Virus record (IMG/VR): IMGVR_UViG_3300022924_000018
Coordinates: 1-64,000 of that record
DNA from: a virus
Direction: 5' to 3' (one strand)
DNA length: 64,000 nucleotides
Shown: positions 51,135-61,088 of the stretch, one piece after another
Layout: every line of letters begins with the position of its first letter
Position numbering within the stretch: the stretch's first letter is position 1
Translations under genes and position numbers: made by a program
The notes under the pieces: model-generated
What the model saw: the letters and a program-made list of their open reading frames with translations, nothing else
Database searches by the model: none
What the model was told of the DNA's origin: nothing

Positions 51135-52878
51135 ATAGAATAGTAATAAACAAATAAAAGAACATGAAACTTAAAGAATTTTTAGAACAGCTTGTGGAAG
51201 CAAACAGCCAAGTTAGACTTTGGTATAAGGTAGATGAAGGACATAAAATGATAGCAGAAAATGACCATGCTGTTATGGAACATGAAATCCTACGGTACAA
51301 TACGGTATTGAGTGAATATCTAAATAATGAAGTTGAACACATTTTTTCCGTTTTAATGTACAAATCACAAAGTCCCGAAGCAATAAATATTTCGATTAAA
51401 CTTTAACCTTATCCAACCAATAGAACTAAACTATAAAGCAATATAAATTATGGAAAAGCAAGATTTTTACGAGTGGTTTAAAGAAATGTTAGATTATGCT
51501 AATAGCAAAGATTGGTATGTAGATACAGAAAACCCAAACGATTACAAGGACAGTTATGAACAAGGATTAACACCCGAAGAGACTATCGATGATGATATGT
51601 CTGATGCTTATGGAGATTTTGACGACTAAATAAATAGATATGGGATGGTTCAGTAATCCGAAATGCCCTCATTGTGGCACAGAAACAGTAGCAACAGGAT
51701 ATTCATTTCCTTACCCTCAATTGAGATGTAATAGATGCTACAAGGAAAATACAAGACTTAAAGAATTAGAGGATAGGATTAAACAATTAGAAAAGAAATG
51801 ATATGGAAATTAAAACAGCAGAAGATTTTTTAATCGAAATAGACAGACTTCATGGAGATGATACAGTACATGCTACCAAAGAAGAAATAATTGAAATAAT
51901 GACTGATTTTGCAAAACAGTTTGTTGAGTTTGGGATAGAGGACTTAAACAACCAATCTGAATATCAATCAGAGGCTTATTTAAAACACCTTAAATCCTTA
52001 ATAAAATAGACTTAATCACTATAAAACACAAACAACATGAAAGAACCACAGAAAGGAATGCTACACATTGAGATAACAGATAGTGAGCAGATAGTAGAAA
52101 TAGAATGCCATGTAAGTAAGAAACTGTTTGAGTTATCAGCAGAGGACTTGGTAAGTGCAATATGCTTGTTTCAAGAGACTAGAAAGGAGTTAGAAGATGG
52201 AAATTAAAAGCATAAACGAACTAAAAGAATTATATGCAGATAGCAGAGGTTTTGACAGCTACAATGATTTTCTGAAAAATGCAGGATACCCTACGGATGA
52301 AAGTTGGGAGGCTATTTGCAAAGCTTATGCAGAACAGTTTATGGATTTGGCTATATCTGAAACAGATTATAAACATAATGAAAACGTAAGCACAATATCA
52401 ATCAGAGAATTAGTAGAAATTAAAAACAAAATAAGATGACAAGACTACTTTGCTATCTATTCGGACATAAATGGATAAGAGGAATGTATTATAACAGAGA
52501 TTACTGCTCAAGATGTTGGAATACAAGGCATAATAAGCCTCTATAAGACCATAACTATTTAAAAACATACAATCTATCCAATAACAAAATAAACAGCTTA
52601 AAAACGAACTATATGAAATGGAAAGACGCTAGGTTAGAAGTGCCTGAAAAAGAAGAAGCTTGCATAGTATTAACAACAAAGTGTTGGAAAAGGTATCCCA
52701 CTATAGAAACTGCATTTTACGGATATGATTCGTCTACAGAAAAAATGTATTGGTATGGGTGTAAGTTTCATGACGCTATTGAACATGACCAAGATATGAT
52801 TAGCGTTCAGTATTGGTGTTATGAGGATGAGTTTATATTTGAGAATTTTAAAGATGTAGAATTGCTAAATCCAATAAA

Positions 52879-53352
52879 ATGAAAAGAAAACAGCTTGCCC
52901 GCATTGACTTAAGCAACCCTGATAAACCAAAAATCATATTTAACTCAACAAAGGCATTCAAAGAAGATTTAACTGCTTTTAAGGACGGGGCTAAAATTTG
53001 GGTGGAAGTGAGAACATACTCACCGCAGCGTAGCTTATCGCAGAATAGCTATTTACACGTGATATTTGGCATTATAGCAGATGAGATAGGTATCGAGTTA
53101 GAAGAAGCTAAATGGCTGTTAAAAGAGAAGTTTTTAAGAGTGCCGCTAACAGATAAGCATGGCAACGAAGTACACGAAAAGGGAGATATACAATTTAGAG
53201 TAAAAGATACAAGTGAACTATCGAAAACAGATATGATTAGCTTTATAGACCAAATTTACAGATGGAGTTTAGAATTTCTGAATGTGGATTTGCCAAAACC
53301 TTTAGAACAGCAAGAATTACCGATTAATAATTATCCGACAATAGAATTATAA
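52879..53352 (+). CDS. NinB-like recombination protein
   Basis: RSLSQNSYLH, TSELSKTDMISFIDQI, LPKP. Confidence 0.7.
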   Translation: MKRKQLARIDLSNPDKPKIIFNSTKAFKEDLTAFKDGAKIWVEVRTYSPQRSLSQNSYLHVIFGIIADEIGIELEEAKWLLKEKFLRVPLTDKHGNEVHEKGDIQFRVKDTSELSKTDMISFIDQIYRWSLEFLNVDLPKPLEQQELPINNYPTIEL

Positions 53353-53664
53353 ACAATTTAAAAACAAGAAAAATGAACGAAGAAAACAAAATTCCACAAC
53401 AAAGAAGTGTTGAAGAACAATTAGAAGATTTAAGGCAACAATTAGATTGGAGAAAAGAAGAAGAACGTAAAGAACTAAGAAAAATTAAAGCAGAAGCTTT
53501 TAGAATGGCTATTCAGATTAAACCAAATGGAAGTTTCTCTTCCTCAATAGGACAAACAGTAGAACCTAAGTACTCTACAGAAGATTTAATTAAATCAGCT
53601 AATAAAATTTACGAAGAGTTAATTAAATAACTAAATTTGAAACACTTTAAAAACAAAAACAATT

Positions 53665-54219
53665 ATGACAAAAAGATTTAAGAAACTCACAATTACCCAA
53701 AAGCGCAAAAAGCCTTTCATTAAGGTAAGCTATGATGATGTAGACGTAACAAAAGACCTTCAACAGTTCAATGTAAACTACGTTAAAACATCTAATCAAC
53801 CGATGAGTAAGGCATTAACAGATGCAGTCGAGAACTTTGTTGTCCATTTACTTCACGCTAGTGAGATGATAGACGGCAAATTAGAGCTTGGAGAACACGA
53901 ATTTGATAAATGGGTATCAGGACATAACTTCCAAGACGATGAACGCTACAAACACGTTTATATTACCTCATTAGAGTTTAGTGGTAAAGAAGATTATGAC
54001 GGAATAGTAATCAAAGGCTATAGAGAAACACAATTAACAAGAAAAGCTAAGAAGATCAACTTTGAAACAGGCGTTATTGATTTAAACAAGGAATTAGAAA
54101 ACCCTTATGCTTTATCAGGCAATCTTTGTGACTGTGTAGATGACTTAGTAACTCTTTTAACTAATTATTTGGAGAAAATGGAGACTACTCCTAGTAATCA
54201 ACTTAGCATAGCAGTATAA
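53665..54219 (+). CDS. Hypothetical Bacteroidota phage protein
   Basis: 184-aa ORF. Confidence 0.6.
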   Translation: MTKRFKKLTITQKRKKPFIKVSYDDVDVTKDLQQFNVNYVKTSNQPMSKALTDAVENFVVHLLHASEMIDGKLELGEHEFDKWVSGHNFQDDERYKHVYITSLEFSGKEDYDGIVIKGYRETQLTRKAKKINFETGVIDLNKELENPYALSGNLCDCVDDLVTLLTNYLEKMETTPSNQLSIAV

Positions 54220-54359
54220 TGAAAGACATAATCGTAAAAGATACAATGGTTGGCAAAGATATTATTGTCACTTGTAATTCGTAAAATAATCAGAAAAACG
54301 TTGCATTCTACAGGGGAGACTGTTTGGAATGTTATCGGGCGGTAACCAATCCGTTTTAT

Positions 54360-54389
54360 AAAGTCAATCTTAATCGGTTGGCTTTTTTT
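54360..54389 (+). terminator. Rho-independent terminator
   Basis: AAAGTCAATC-TTAATC-GGTTGGCTTT followed by T-run. Confidence 0.55.
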
Positions 54390-54472
54390 GTTTATCAGTA
54401 GTTCGGAAATACCGAATTACTTGCTATATTTGTTCAAGCGCAATGTAGCGCTATACATAAACACATACATAT

Positions 54473-54745
54473 ATGTTCATTTTAAGAAAAGTTGCCAACG
54501 GGCATGAGTCAAACACAATTGTAGGAGATTCTTATAATTTCGTGTCAAAGGAAACAAATCCAGAAGAGTTCACTTTAGCATTTAAATCATGGCATGGGGC
54601 TATTTCAATCGCAGAAGAAGATAGCGAGACTTATGCTTTTTTAATTTACGAGTGTGGTCAGAAAAGTATGCCACTATTCAAAAATCAGTACAACTACATT
54701 ATGACAAGCGATGGTAAAACATTTGCTAACATAACGCTTAGATAA
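54473..54745 (+). CDS. Moron-like small gene
   Basis: Own TATATTTG box, 5' hairpin and terminator; YIMTSDGKTFAN. Confidence 0.7.
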   Translation: MFILRKVANGHESNTIVGDSYNFVSKETNPEEFTLAFKSWHGAISIAEEDSETYAFLIYECGQKSMPLFKNQYNYIMTSDGKTFANITLR

Positions 54746-54775
54746 GATACGGTTTAAACAGTCGTTCAAAAATTG

Positions 54776-54809
54776 AATCCTGCGGTCGAGACGATAGCAG
54801 GATTTTTTT
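54776..54809 (+). terminator. Rho-independent terminator
   Basis: AATCCTGC...GCAGGATT followed by T-run. Confidence 0.7.
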
Positions 54810-54861
54810 ATATATTTGAAGTGCCACAGGAAATATCTCCTGATGAGTTAAAATAAATATT

Positions 54862-55176
54862 ATGAAAAGTACAATCAGAGTCGATTACGATTTCGACGCA
54901 AACGAAACGTTTATTCAGTTAAACATTCCAACAAGCGAGCCTCACCACATGGTTGATGTAGACGTTAAGCTAGATTTAGCCGATAAGCACCTAAAGAACT
55001 TCATAGAGCAATCTTCTACTCGTGGGTTAGAGTTAGTATACCCTAATGATAATAATGACAACAGCACACCTCAAATTAGGTTAAAACAGTCAACTACGAC
55101 AAATAACGTTAGATTAGGTTCTGAACAGCTTGACGAATTGAGAGAAAAAGGAGAATTAACTTATACTCAAAAATAA
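54862..55176 (+). CDS. Moron-like small gene
   Basis: Own TATATTTG box (54811-54818) and 5' hairpin. Confidence 0.65.
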   Translation: MKSTIRVDYDFDANETFIQLNIPTSEPHHMVDVDVKLDLADKHLKNFIEQSSTRGLELVYPNDNNDNSTPQIRLKQSTTTNNVRLGSEQLDELREKGELTYTQK

Positions 55177-55240
55177 TTAGCATATTTGCAATTCAAAAGG
55201 CACAACTCCTAGTGCCAATATATTTTGAGTTAATAATCAT

Positions 55241-55277
55241 AAAGGATTTGAGTTTGGTAGCTTGAATCCTTTTTTTA
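55241..55277 (+). terminator. Rho-independent terminator
   Basis: AAAGGATTTGAG-TTTGGTAG-CTTGAATCCTTT then T-run. Confidence 0.7.
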
Positions 55278-55346
55278 TTTACACGCTTTTCTAACTATTT
55301 GAAAATAATTTCTTGTTTATTGAAAAATACTTTGTACTATTGTGGT

Positions 55347-55523
55347 ATGGAAACAACAAAGAAAAAAATTAAAGTAGAAAACCTTATGACGGTTGAAGAG
55401 TTCGCCACATTTAAGGGAGTAACAGCAAGAACAGTTTACAATTGGATTGATGAAAAAATTGTAAAGACTGAAATGATGTTCGGTAAAAAATTAGTTGACA
55501 AAACTTCTTACTTAAAACCGTAG
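55347..55523 (+). CDS. Excisionase/Cro-like HTH protein
   Basis: LMTVEEFATFKGVTARTVYNWI. Confidence 0.7.
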   Translation: METTKKKIKVENLMTVEEFATFKGVTARTVYNWIDEKIVKTEMMFGKKLVDKTSYLKP

Positions 55524-55848
55524 ATAGTTTTCGACGGCTCTAAACAATTCTAAAACACTGAAAAATTATTAAAAATGAAATTAGACACAACATTCGACAT
55601 TAGACAATCTGTATTTTTTATACACGACAATAAAGTAGAAGAAAGAACTATTGATGCAATATCAGTCCAAGTAAATTCTGAATTTAAGGATAGAAAATAT
55701 AATAGTTATAAAATGGAAGAATATTACTTTTCAAACGCATACGAAATAAGATTACCTCTTAAAGAGGAAGAAATAGGACATGCTATAATAAGAAAATATG
55801 CTAACCAAATATTTGCGACTAAGGATGAATTATTAAACTCGCTTTAAT

Positions 55849-56514
55849 ATGGTTGGATTTATTAAGCTTCACAGAAAACTACAAGAGTGGGAGTGGTATA
55901 ATAAATCTGAAATGGTTCATTTGTTTATTCATCTTTTAATAAATGCAAATAGCAAGGATAAAGGTTGGCAAAATATAATTGTAAAACGTGGACAAGTAGT
56001 AACTGGATTTAGTGCTTTAAGTGAAAAAACAGGCATATCAATCAGGACTTTAAGAACATGTTTTGAGCGTTTAAAATCGACAGGCGAACTGTCAGTCAAA
56101 ACGACAAACAAATATAGTATCGTAACTATCTGTAAATATGATGATTACAATGATAAAATTATTAAGACCGACAAGCAAATCGACAAGCAACCCGTCACTC
56201 CAACGACAACAACTAAGAAGTATAAGAATAAAGAAGATAATATAAGTGAATATGATAAAGCATTAAATGACTTCTTAGATATGAGAGATAAAATAAAAAA
56301 ACCTGTAAATACTGATAGGGCATTTAATGGGCTTGTTAAAAAACTAAACGAGTTAGCGCCAAATGATGAGGAATTGAAAATAAAAATCATAGACCAATCA
56401 ATAGTGCATAATTACTTATCATTTTTTCCATTAAAACAAGAGTTAGACTTATTTAAGAATAATGGATATAAAAGTAAAACAACAGAGGCATCAGTAGAAG
56501 ATTTTAATTTTTAA
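55849..56514 (+). CDS. Phage replication initiator
   Basis: GFIKLHRKLQEWEWY, KRGQ, TGISIRTLRT, KYSIVTICKYDDY; upstream of helicase. Confidence 0.8.
   Translation: MVGFIKLHRKLQEWEWYNKSEMVHLFIHLLINANSKDKGWQNIIVKRGQVVTGFSALSEKTGISIRTLRTCFERLKSTGELSVKTTNKYSIVTICKYDDYNDKIIKTDKQIDKQPVTPTTTTKKYKNKEDNISEYDKALNDFLDMRDKIKKPVNTDRAFNGLVKKLNELAPNDEELKIKIIDQSIVHNYLSFFPLKQELDLFKNNGYKSKTTEASVEDFNF
56077..56214 (+). repeat. Iteron-like ~12-bp repeats within initiator (candidate origin)
   Basis: tcgacaggcgaa, ctgtcagtcaaa, acgacaaacaaa; ccgacaagcaaa, tcgacaagcaac, ccgtcactcca, acgacaacaact; followed by A-rich tract. Confidence 0.55.
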
Positions 56515-56516
56515 AT

Positions 56517-57524
56517 ATGAACAATATACTAGACCATACAGAAAAAGTAATGAACCATTACCATAGTGGTAAATTAAAAGGCGAACCAACAGGATTTAAA
56601 TGCCTTGACGAATTAATAACGTTCAAACCTAAATATACAACCTATATACAAGGATTTCCTAAATGTGGTAAAACAGAAATGCATTTGGAGATTCTCTTTA
56701 ATCTAACCCAAAAATCACATGCTAAACACGCTATAATGAGTCCTGAAATTGGAGGAGTAGAAGATGTGATTGCAGAGTTAGTTTCGAAATACCTAAGAAG
56801 ACCATTCTTTAAATCATCTTATAATGCCCCACAAGAGCGTGAAATATATCAAGCTATGAATCAACTATCTCAATACTTTTTCGTGCTTGATAACGACTCT
56901 AAAGACTATAATATAGATACTTTTTTTGAGGACTGTATTAAAATAGAGAAAGACAACAAGGTAAAATTGTTCAGCACTTCTATAGACCCTTGGAATGATT
57001 TAGATGAGGACTTACAAAAATTTGGTGGAAGGGAAGATAAATATTTAGCTCACGCATTAAGAAAAGTTCGTTCAACAGCTAAAAATAATAATTGGCATAA
57101 TTTCATTGTTACACATAGCAAAGAGTCTACTGCTGTAGATTATAAGCATTATCAAGGAGGAAAAGTTACTTGTACGCCAATGCCGACATTACAAACATTT
57201 GCAGGAGGACAAGTTTGGAGTAGGAGAGCGTTTAATGTTATAGGAATGTGGAGGCCAGAAGAAGGTGCTGTAAACCCAAAAACACACCAACCTTTTGAAG
57301 ATAATGCTGCGGTTATAAAAATTCTAAAAGCAAAACCAAAAGGAGTTGGAAAGTTGGGTAGTGCTTATTTATATTTTGATTGGAGAAAAAACAGATACTT
57401 CGAGAAGTATAACGATAAAAACTTATATGCTTACGAACACATAAAAGAAGATGAAGAGTTGGCGAAAATAGAAAAAGAAAAGGGAGTTATTGATACATCA
57501 CAAACACAACAAGCATTTTTCTAA
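56517..57524 (+). CDS. DnaB-like (SF4) replicative helicase
   Basis: TGFKCLD, Walker A GFPKCGKT, SPE, IDPWN, VTH. Confidence 0.82.
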   Translation: MNNILDHTEKVMNHYHSGKLKGEPTGFKCLDELITFKPKYTTYIQGFPKCGKTEMHLEILFNLTQKSHAKHAIMSPEIGGVEDVIAELVSKYLRRPFFKSSYNAPQEREIYQAMNQLSQYFFVLDNDSKDYNIDTFFEDCIKIEKDNKVKLFSTSIDPWNDLDEDLQKFGGREDKYLAHALRKVRSTAKNNNWHNFIVTHSKESTAVDYKHYQGGKVTCTPMPTLQTFAGGQVWSRRAFNVIGMWRPEEGAVNPKTHQPFEDNAAVIKILKAKPKGVGKLGSAYLYFDWRKNRYFEKYNDKNLYAYEHIKEDEELAKIEKEKGVIDTSQTQQAFF

Positions 57525-57889
57525 TGACAGACTTGGAATATCACTATTTGCAAATATCAAACATACATGATAAGCATTATAAGAAAAATAGAGAACGGTT
57601 ACAAAAAATAATGATTGCAAAGGGTGTAACTACTGAAATGTTAAGTGATTTATTATTATGGGAAAAAGAAAACAAGAGAACAGTTAAATCAAAGAGGCAA
57701 TTAGATAGATTATTCTTATTAGAAGAGGCGTTGGATGTGTTCGATGTTTGTGCTTCAACAGCAGACCAAACAGAGGTATTGTTAAACTTAAAAACTCAAG
57801 AAATAGAGAGTTTACTAAAAGCTAATGAAGAATTAAGGAAAGAACTAGAAACAACAAAACAATTTTATGAAAGCGAAAAGTCTATTTGA
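57524..57889 (+). CDS. Hypothetical coiled-coil protein
   Basis: 121-aa ORF coupled to helicase. Confidence 0.55.
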   Translation: MTDLEYHYLQISNIHDKHYKKNRERLQKIMIAKGVTTEMLSDLLLWEKENKRTVKSKRQLDRLFLLEEALDVFDVCASTADQTEVLLNLKTQEIESLLKANEELRKELETTKQFYESEKSI

Positions 57890-58132
57890 CAGAAACAAAT
57901 CCTATAACTATAATTCCTTTGAGGGTAAGAGTGGCATTTGGAAACTAATAGGTATAGAAGCAGGTTCTACAATGGAAAACACTTTAGATACTTTTTCAAA
58001 TGGCAAAGGCGATTACAAAACATTTAAAAGAGAATATGTAATTGAACAGGCAGACTTAGGAAACATCAAACCAATAGAATCATCAGAGGTAAAACTTAAT
58101 ACAGAAACAAAGAAAAAACAAGGAAGAGCAAT

Positions 58133-58495
58133 ATGAAAATAGACAGGCAATTAGTTTTAAATAAATTTGACGGAAAATGCGCTTACTGCGGTTGTGATTT
58201 AGAGAAAGGATGGAACTTAGACCATAAAACTCCTCAATGGCATTGTGAGGGTAAAAAACCATTAGCATCAATAGAGCAAGTACATTGTATGGAAAATTAT
58301 ATGCCTTCATGTAGAAGTTGTAATTTATTTAAGTCAGGTAATAGTATTGAAGGTTTTCGAAAACACATTGAATCACAAATAGAAACATTGAGAAGAGATA
58401 GACCTACATTTAGGGTTGCAGAAAGATTTGGACTTATCGAATGCAAACCTAAGTCAGTAGAATTTTACTTTGAAATTTATGAAAGAAAACCCTAA
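58133..58495 (+). CDS. HNH endonuclease
   Basis: CAYCG, LDHKTP, NYMPSCRSCNLFK. Confidence 0.88.
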   Translation: MKIDRQLVLNKFDGKCAYCGCDLEKGWNLDHKTPQWHCEGKKPLASIEQVHCMENYMPSCRSCNLFKSGNSIEGFRKHIESQIETLRRDRPTFRVAERFGLIECKPKSVEFYFEIYERKP

Positions 58496-58609
58496 AAACA
58501 GATCAATCCTTCTAAGACTATTTCGAATAGAGTGGTTAAAGAACAGAGATAAAGAAATGGAGATATTAGCAGTGAGAAAGACTAAAGTAGAACAGTTAAA
58601 ATTAGAATT

Positions 58610-59332
58610 ATGAGTATATCAGTAGTTATTCCAATTAAGTCAGATACAAAGAACAATAATATAGAGCTTATTTACGCATTAAGAAGCCTTGAGAAGAACT
58701 TAAATGGTTTAGGAGACATATTTATCATCGGAAATAAAATAAACTCTCTAAAGGGCTTAAAATACATTGAATGCAAAGATGATAAAGGTAGTCAATTTAA
58801 AGAAAGAAATATATACCGCAAAATATTATCTGCCTGTAATGATGAAAGAGTATCAAATAACTTTATTTGTACCAACGACGACATATACTTAACCAAAGAA
58901 TTTGATGCTAATTCACTTCCATTTTACCATAAGAGTGAATTAATTAACACAATGTCAAAGAATGCAGGAGATTATAGAAAATCTTTAAACCACACTCGGA
59001 AGCTTCTTATGAAAATGAAAAATACAACGTTAGATTATGATACTCATTTCCCTATACTATACAACAAAGAACATTTTTGTACATTTGCTAGTGAAGAAAC
59101 AAATTGGAATCAGCCATTCTCTTACGTAATAAAAAGTCTTTATTGTAACAGAAAAGGAGTTAAAGGCGAATATGGAGGTGATTGTAAGATACAAACCAAG
59201 ATGACTTACGAAGAAATAGTTAATAAAATTGGAGATAAATCATTCTTTAGCACATCAGACGGATGCATGAATGAGGATATGATAAAATACTTAAACGAAC
59301 TTTACCCAACAAAATCGAAATATGAACGATAG
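58610..59332 (+). CDS. GT-A/Stealth-like glycosyl- or phosphotransferase
   Basis: SVVIP, ELIYALRSLEKN, FICTNDDIY, YDTHFP, KSLYCN. Confidence 0.6.
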   Translation: MSISVVIPIKSDTKNNNIELIYALRSLEKNLNGLGDIFIIGNKINSLKGLKYIECKDDKGSQFKERNIYRKILSACNDERVSNNFICTNDDIYLTKEFDANSLPFYHKSELINTMSKNAGDYRKSLNHTRKLLMKMKNTTLDYDTHFPILYNKEHFCTFASEETNWNQPFSYVIKSLYCNRKGVKGEYGGDCKIQTKMTYEEIVNKIGDKSFFSTSDGCMNEDMIKYLNELYPTKSKYER

Positions 59333-59593
59333 GAAAAAAGCAGTCAGTTATACTAGAGTAGAGGCAGGCACAATACAGCCCATTACATTTGATGTCTACG
59401 AAGATGAATTAAAAAACCATGTAGATGTGGTAAAAAAAGAAGTTTTCTGTAAAGCGCTTAAACAACGTATAAATACAAGGGTAATAAAATTTGGTAAAGT
59501 TTATGTTCATGCTTTATTTTTTGAAGATGGAAAGGTTTACGATGTAAGAGAGGGAGGTTTTAAATTAAGAGAACTACAGGGAGAAGCATTAAG

Positions 59594-60496
59594 ATGGTAA
59601 ACACAAAAGAAATTCAAATGTTATCGAACTATGTTTTGATATTACCAGACCCGCAGCTAGAAACATATCAAATTAAGGGAGTAGATTTAGGGATTATTTC
59701 TCCCGATTTTAAATATGAAAATGGAGAGAAGGTATCGATAAAAGAAAGGAATCAAAGCGTATTTGGAACTGTTTATGGAGTGCCATCAAACCTTATATTC
59801 AACAAAAAGAAAATACTTAAACTAGCAAGCTCACATACGCTTTTCTACAGAGAAAACGAACATAATATCCCTGTCAATATAGGCATTCACAGAGTCATAG
59901 GAGAACTAACTAAAAACTCTGTACTTTACGATACCGATATAGAAATAAGTGCAGGAGACAAGGTTAATTTCAGTTATACAGCACATAAAATAGCTAAAGA
60001 CCAAAAGATGATATTCGATACTGAACTTGGAGAGATGTATCTTATAAAATACGATATGCTATACATGACGGTAGATGAGAATTATAAACCTAAAAAAATG
60101 CTTAATGGATGGGTAATAGCAGAACCCGAAGTTATTGAAGTCAAGAAAGAAGATAATGGACAGGAATTTATCGAACATTCAAGCGGACTTGTTACTTTAG
60201 CACCTAAAAACAAAATAAAGAAGACTAGAAAGACCCAAAAAGGAATAGTTAAACTATTTGGAACAAGGAACAGGGATTATCTTCAAGAGGTCGAAAAGGA
60301 AGACTTCAAAGACAATATGGTAATAGGACAAAACATAGTGTATGACCCAAGAAGAAGTCAAAAGCTAGAATACGAAACACATCAGATTATGAGTGATAAA
60401 ACATTACACTTAATTCAACGAAAAGATATTTTATTTTTAGACGGAATGTTTGGATTGGAGATAGATAAAATGGTAAAGGAGGAACAGAATGTATGA
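59594..60496 (+). CDS. Tandem GroES-like (co-chaperonin) protein
   Basis: NYVLILP...GTVYGVP...GDKVNFSY and GWVIAEP...SGLV...GIVK. Confidence 0.55.
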   Translation: MVNTKEIQMLSNYVLILPDPQLETYQIKGVDLGIISPDFKYENGEKVSIKERNQSVFGTVYGVPSNLIFNKKKILKLASSHTLFYRENEHNIPVNIGIHRVIGELTKNSVLYDTDIEISAGDKVNFSYTAHKIAKDQKMIFDTELGEMYLIKYDMLYMTVDENYKPKKMLNGWVIAEPEVIEVKKEDNGQEFIEHSSGLVTLAPKNKIKKTRKTQKGIVKLFGTRNRDYLQEVEKEDFKDNMVIGQNIVYDPRRSQKLEYETHQIMSDKTLHLIQRKDILFLDGMFGLEIDKMVKEEQNV

Positions 60497-61088
60497 TTTA
60501 GATAGGGTTTATATCAACTTCACTAAATGTCCAAAAGGAACTAAGCTTACTGATTTCCATACTGAATTGGCAGCTTTCAGCGAGTTTACGTCTACAAAGA
60601 ATGAGAATATAATAAAAGTTGCAATATTAACAGCAGATATGGAGAGTCCTTTTTTAAAGATTAAGGACAGGAAAACTATGATAAGAACCATTTTCGAGTT
60701 TCTTGGACTTAGTTTAGAAGGTAAACCCACCAAACAACTGTATAACGATATTGTAGAATACAAGGAAACACACTATTTAGACTGCTTTGGGAGATATTTA
60801 ATGATTCTACATGATATAGATTGGACAGAATATCAAAGTACAAAGCAGACCCACGATGTTTTAACGATGGACAGTATGCGACCTCGTGAAAAGGAAGAAA
60901 ACATAGACGCATTCGTAAAACGAAGAGTTAATATACAAACGCATTTAAAGAAGATTGGGGATGACTTAAAGAAGTTGGAGGCTAAGATATTCCCTGACAG
61001 TCGTTCGGCTCGTGAGGTAGCCTTAAATGAGGTTAGAAAGATAATTAGTTACCCAGAGAAATACGCGGTAGATAGGCAAGTAATATGA
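60489..61088 (+). CDS. Hypothetical protein upstream of terminase (possible small subunit)
   Basis: Helical, coupled to TerL. Confidence 0.4.
   Translation: MYDLDRVYINFTKCPKGTKLTDFHTELAAFSEFTSTKNENIIKVAILTADMESPFLKIKDRKTMIRTIFEFLGLSLEGKPTKQLYNDIVEYKETHYLDCFGRYLMILHDIDWTEYQSTKQTHDVLTMDSMRPREKEENIDAFVKRRVNIQTHLKKIGDDLKKLEAKIFPDSRSAREVALNEVRKIISYPEKYAVDRQVI

Noticed and set aside
54838-54880. CTGATGA...GAAA resembling a hammerhead ribozyme core
   Set aside because: No convincing stem II or III; CCTG is already paired in the CAGGA/TCCTG hairpin and GAAA overlaps the start codon
55347-55523. Excisionase implying an integrated prophage
   Set aside because: No integrase, att site or host genes in the window; a generic small HTH is equally likely
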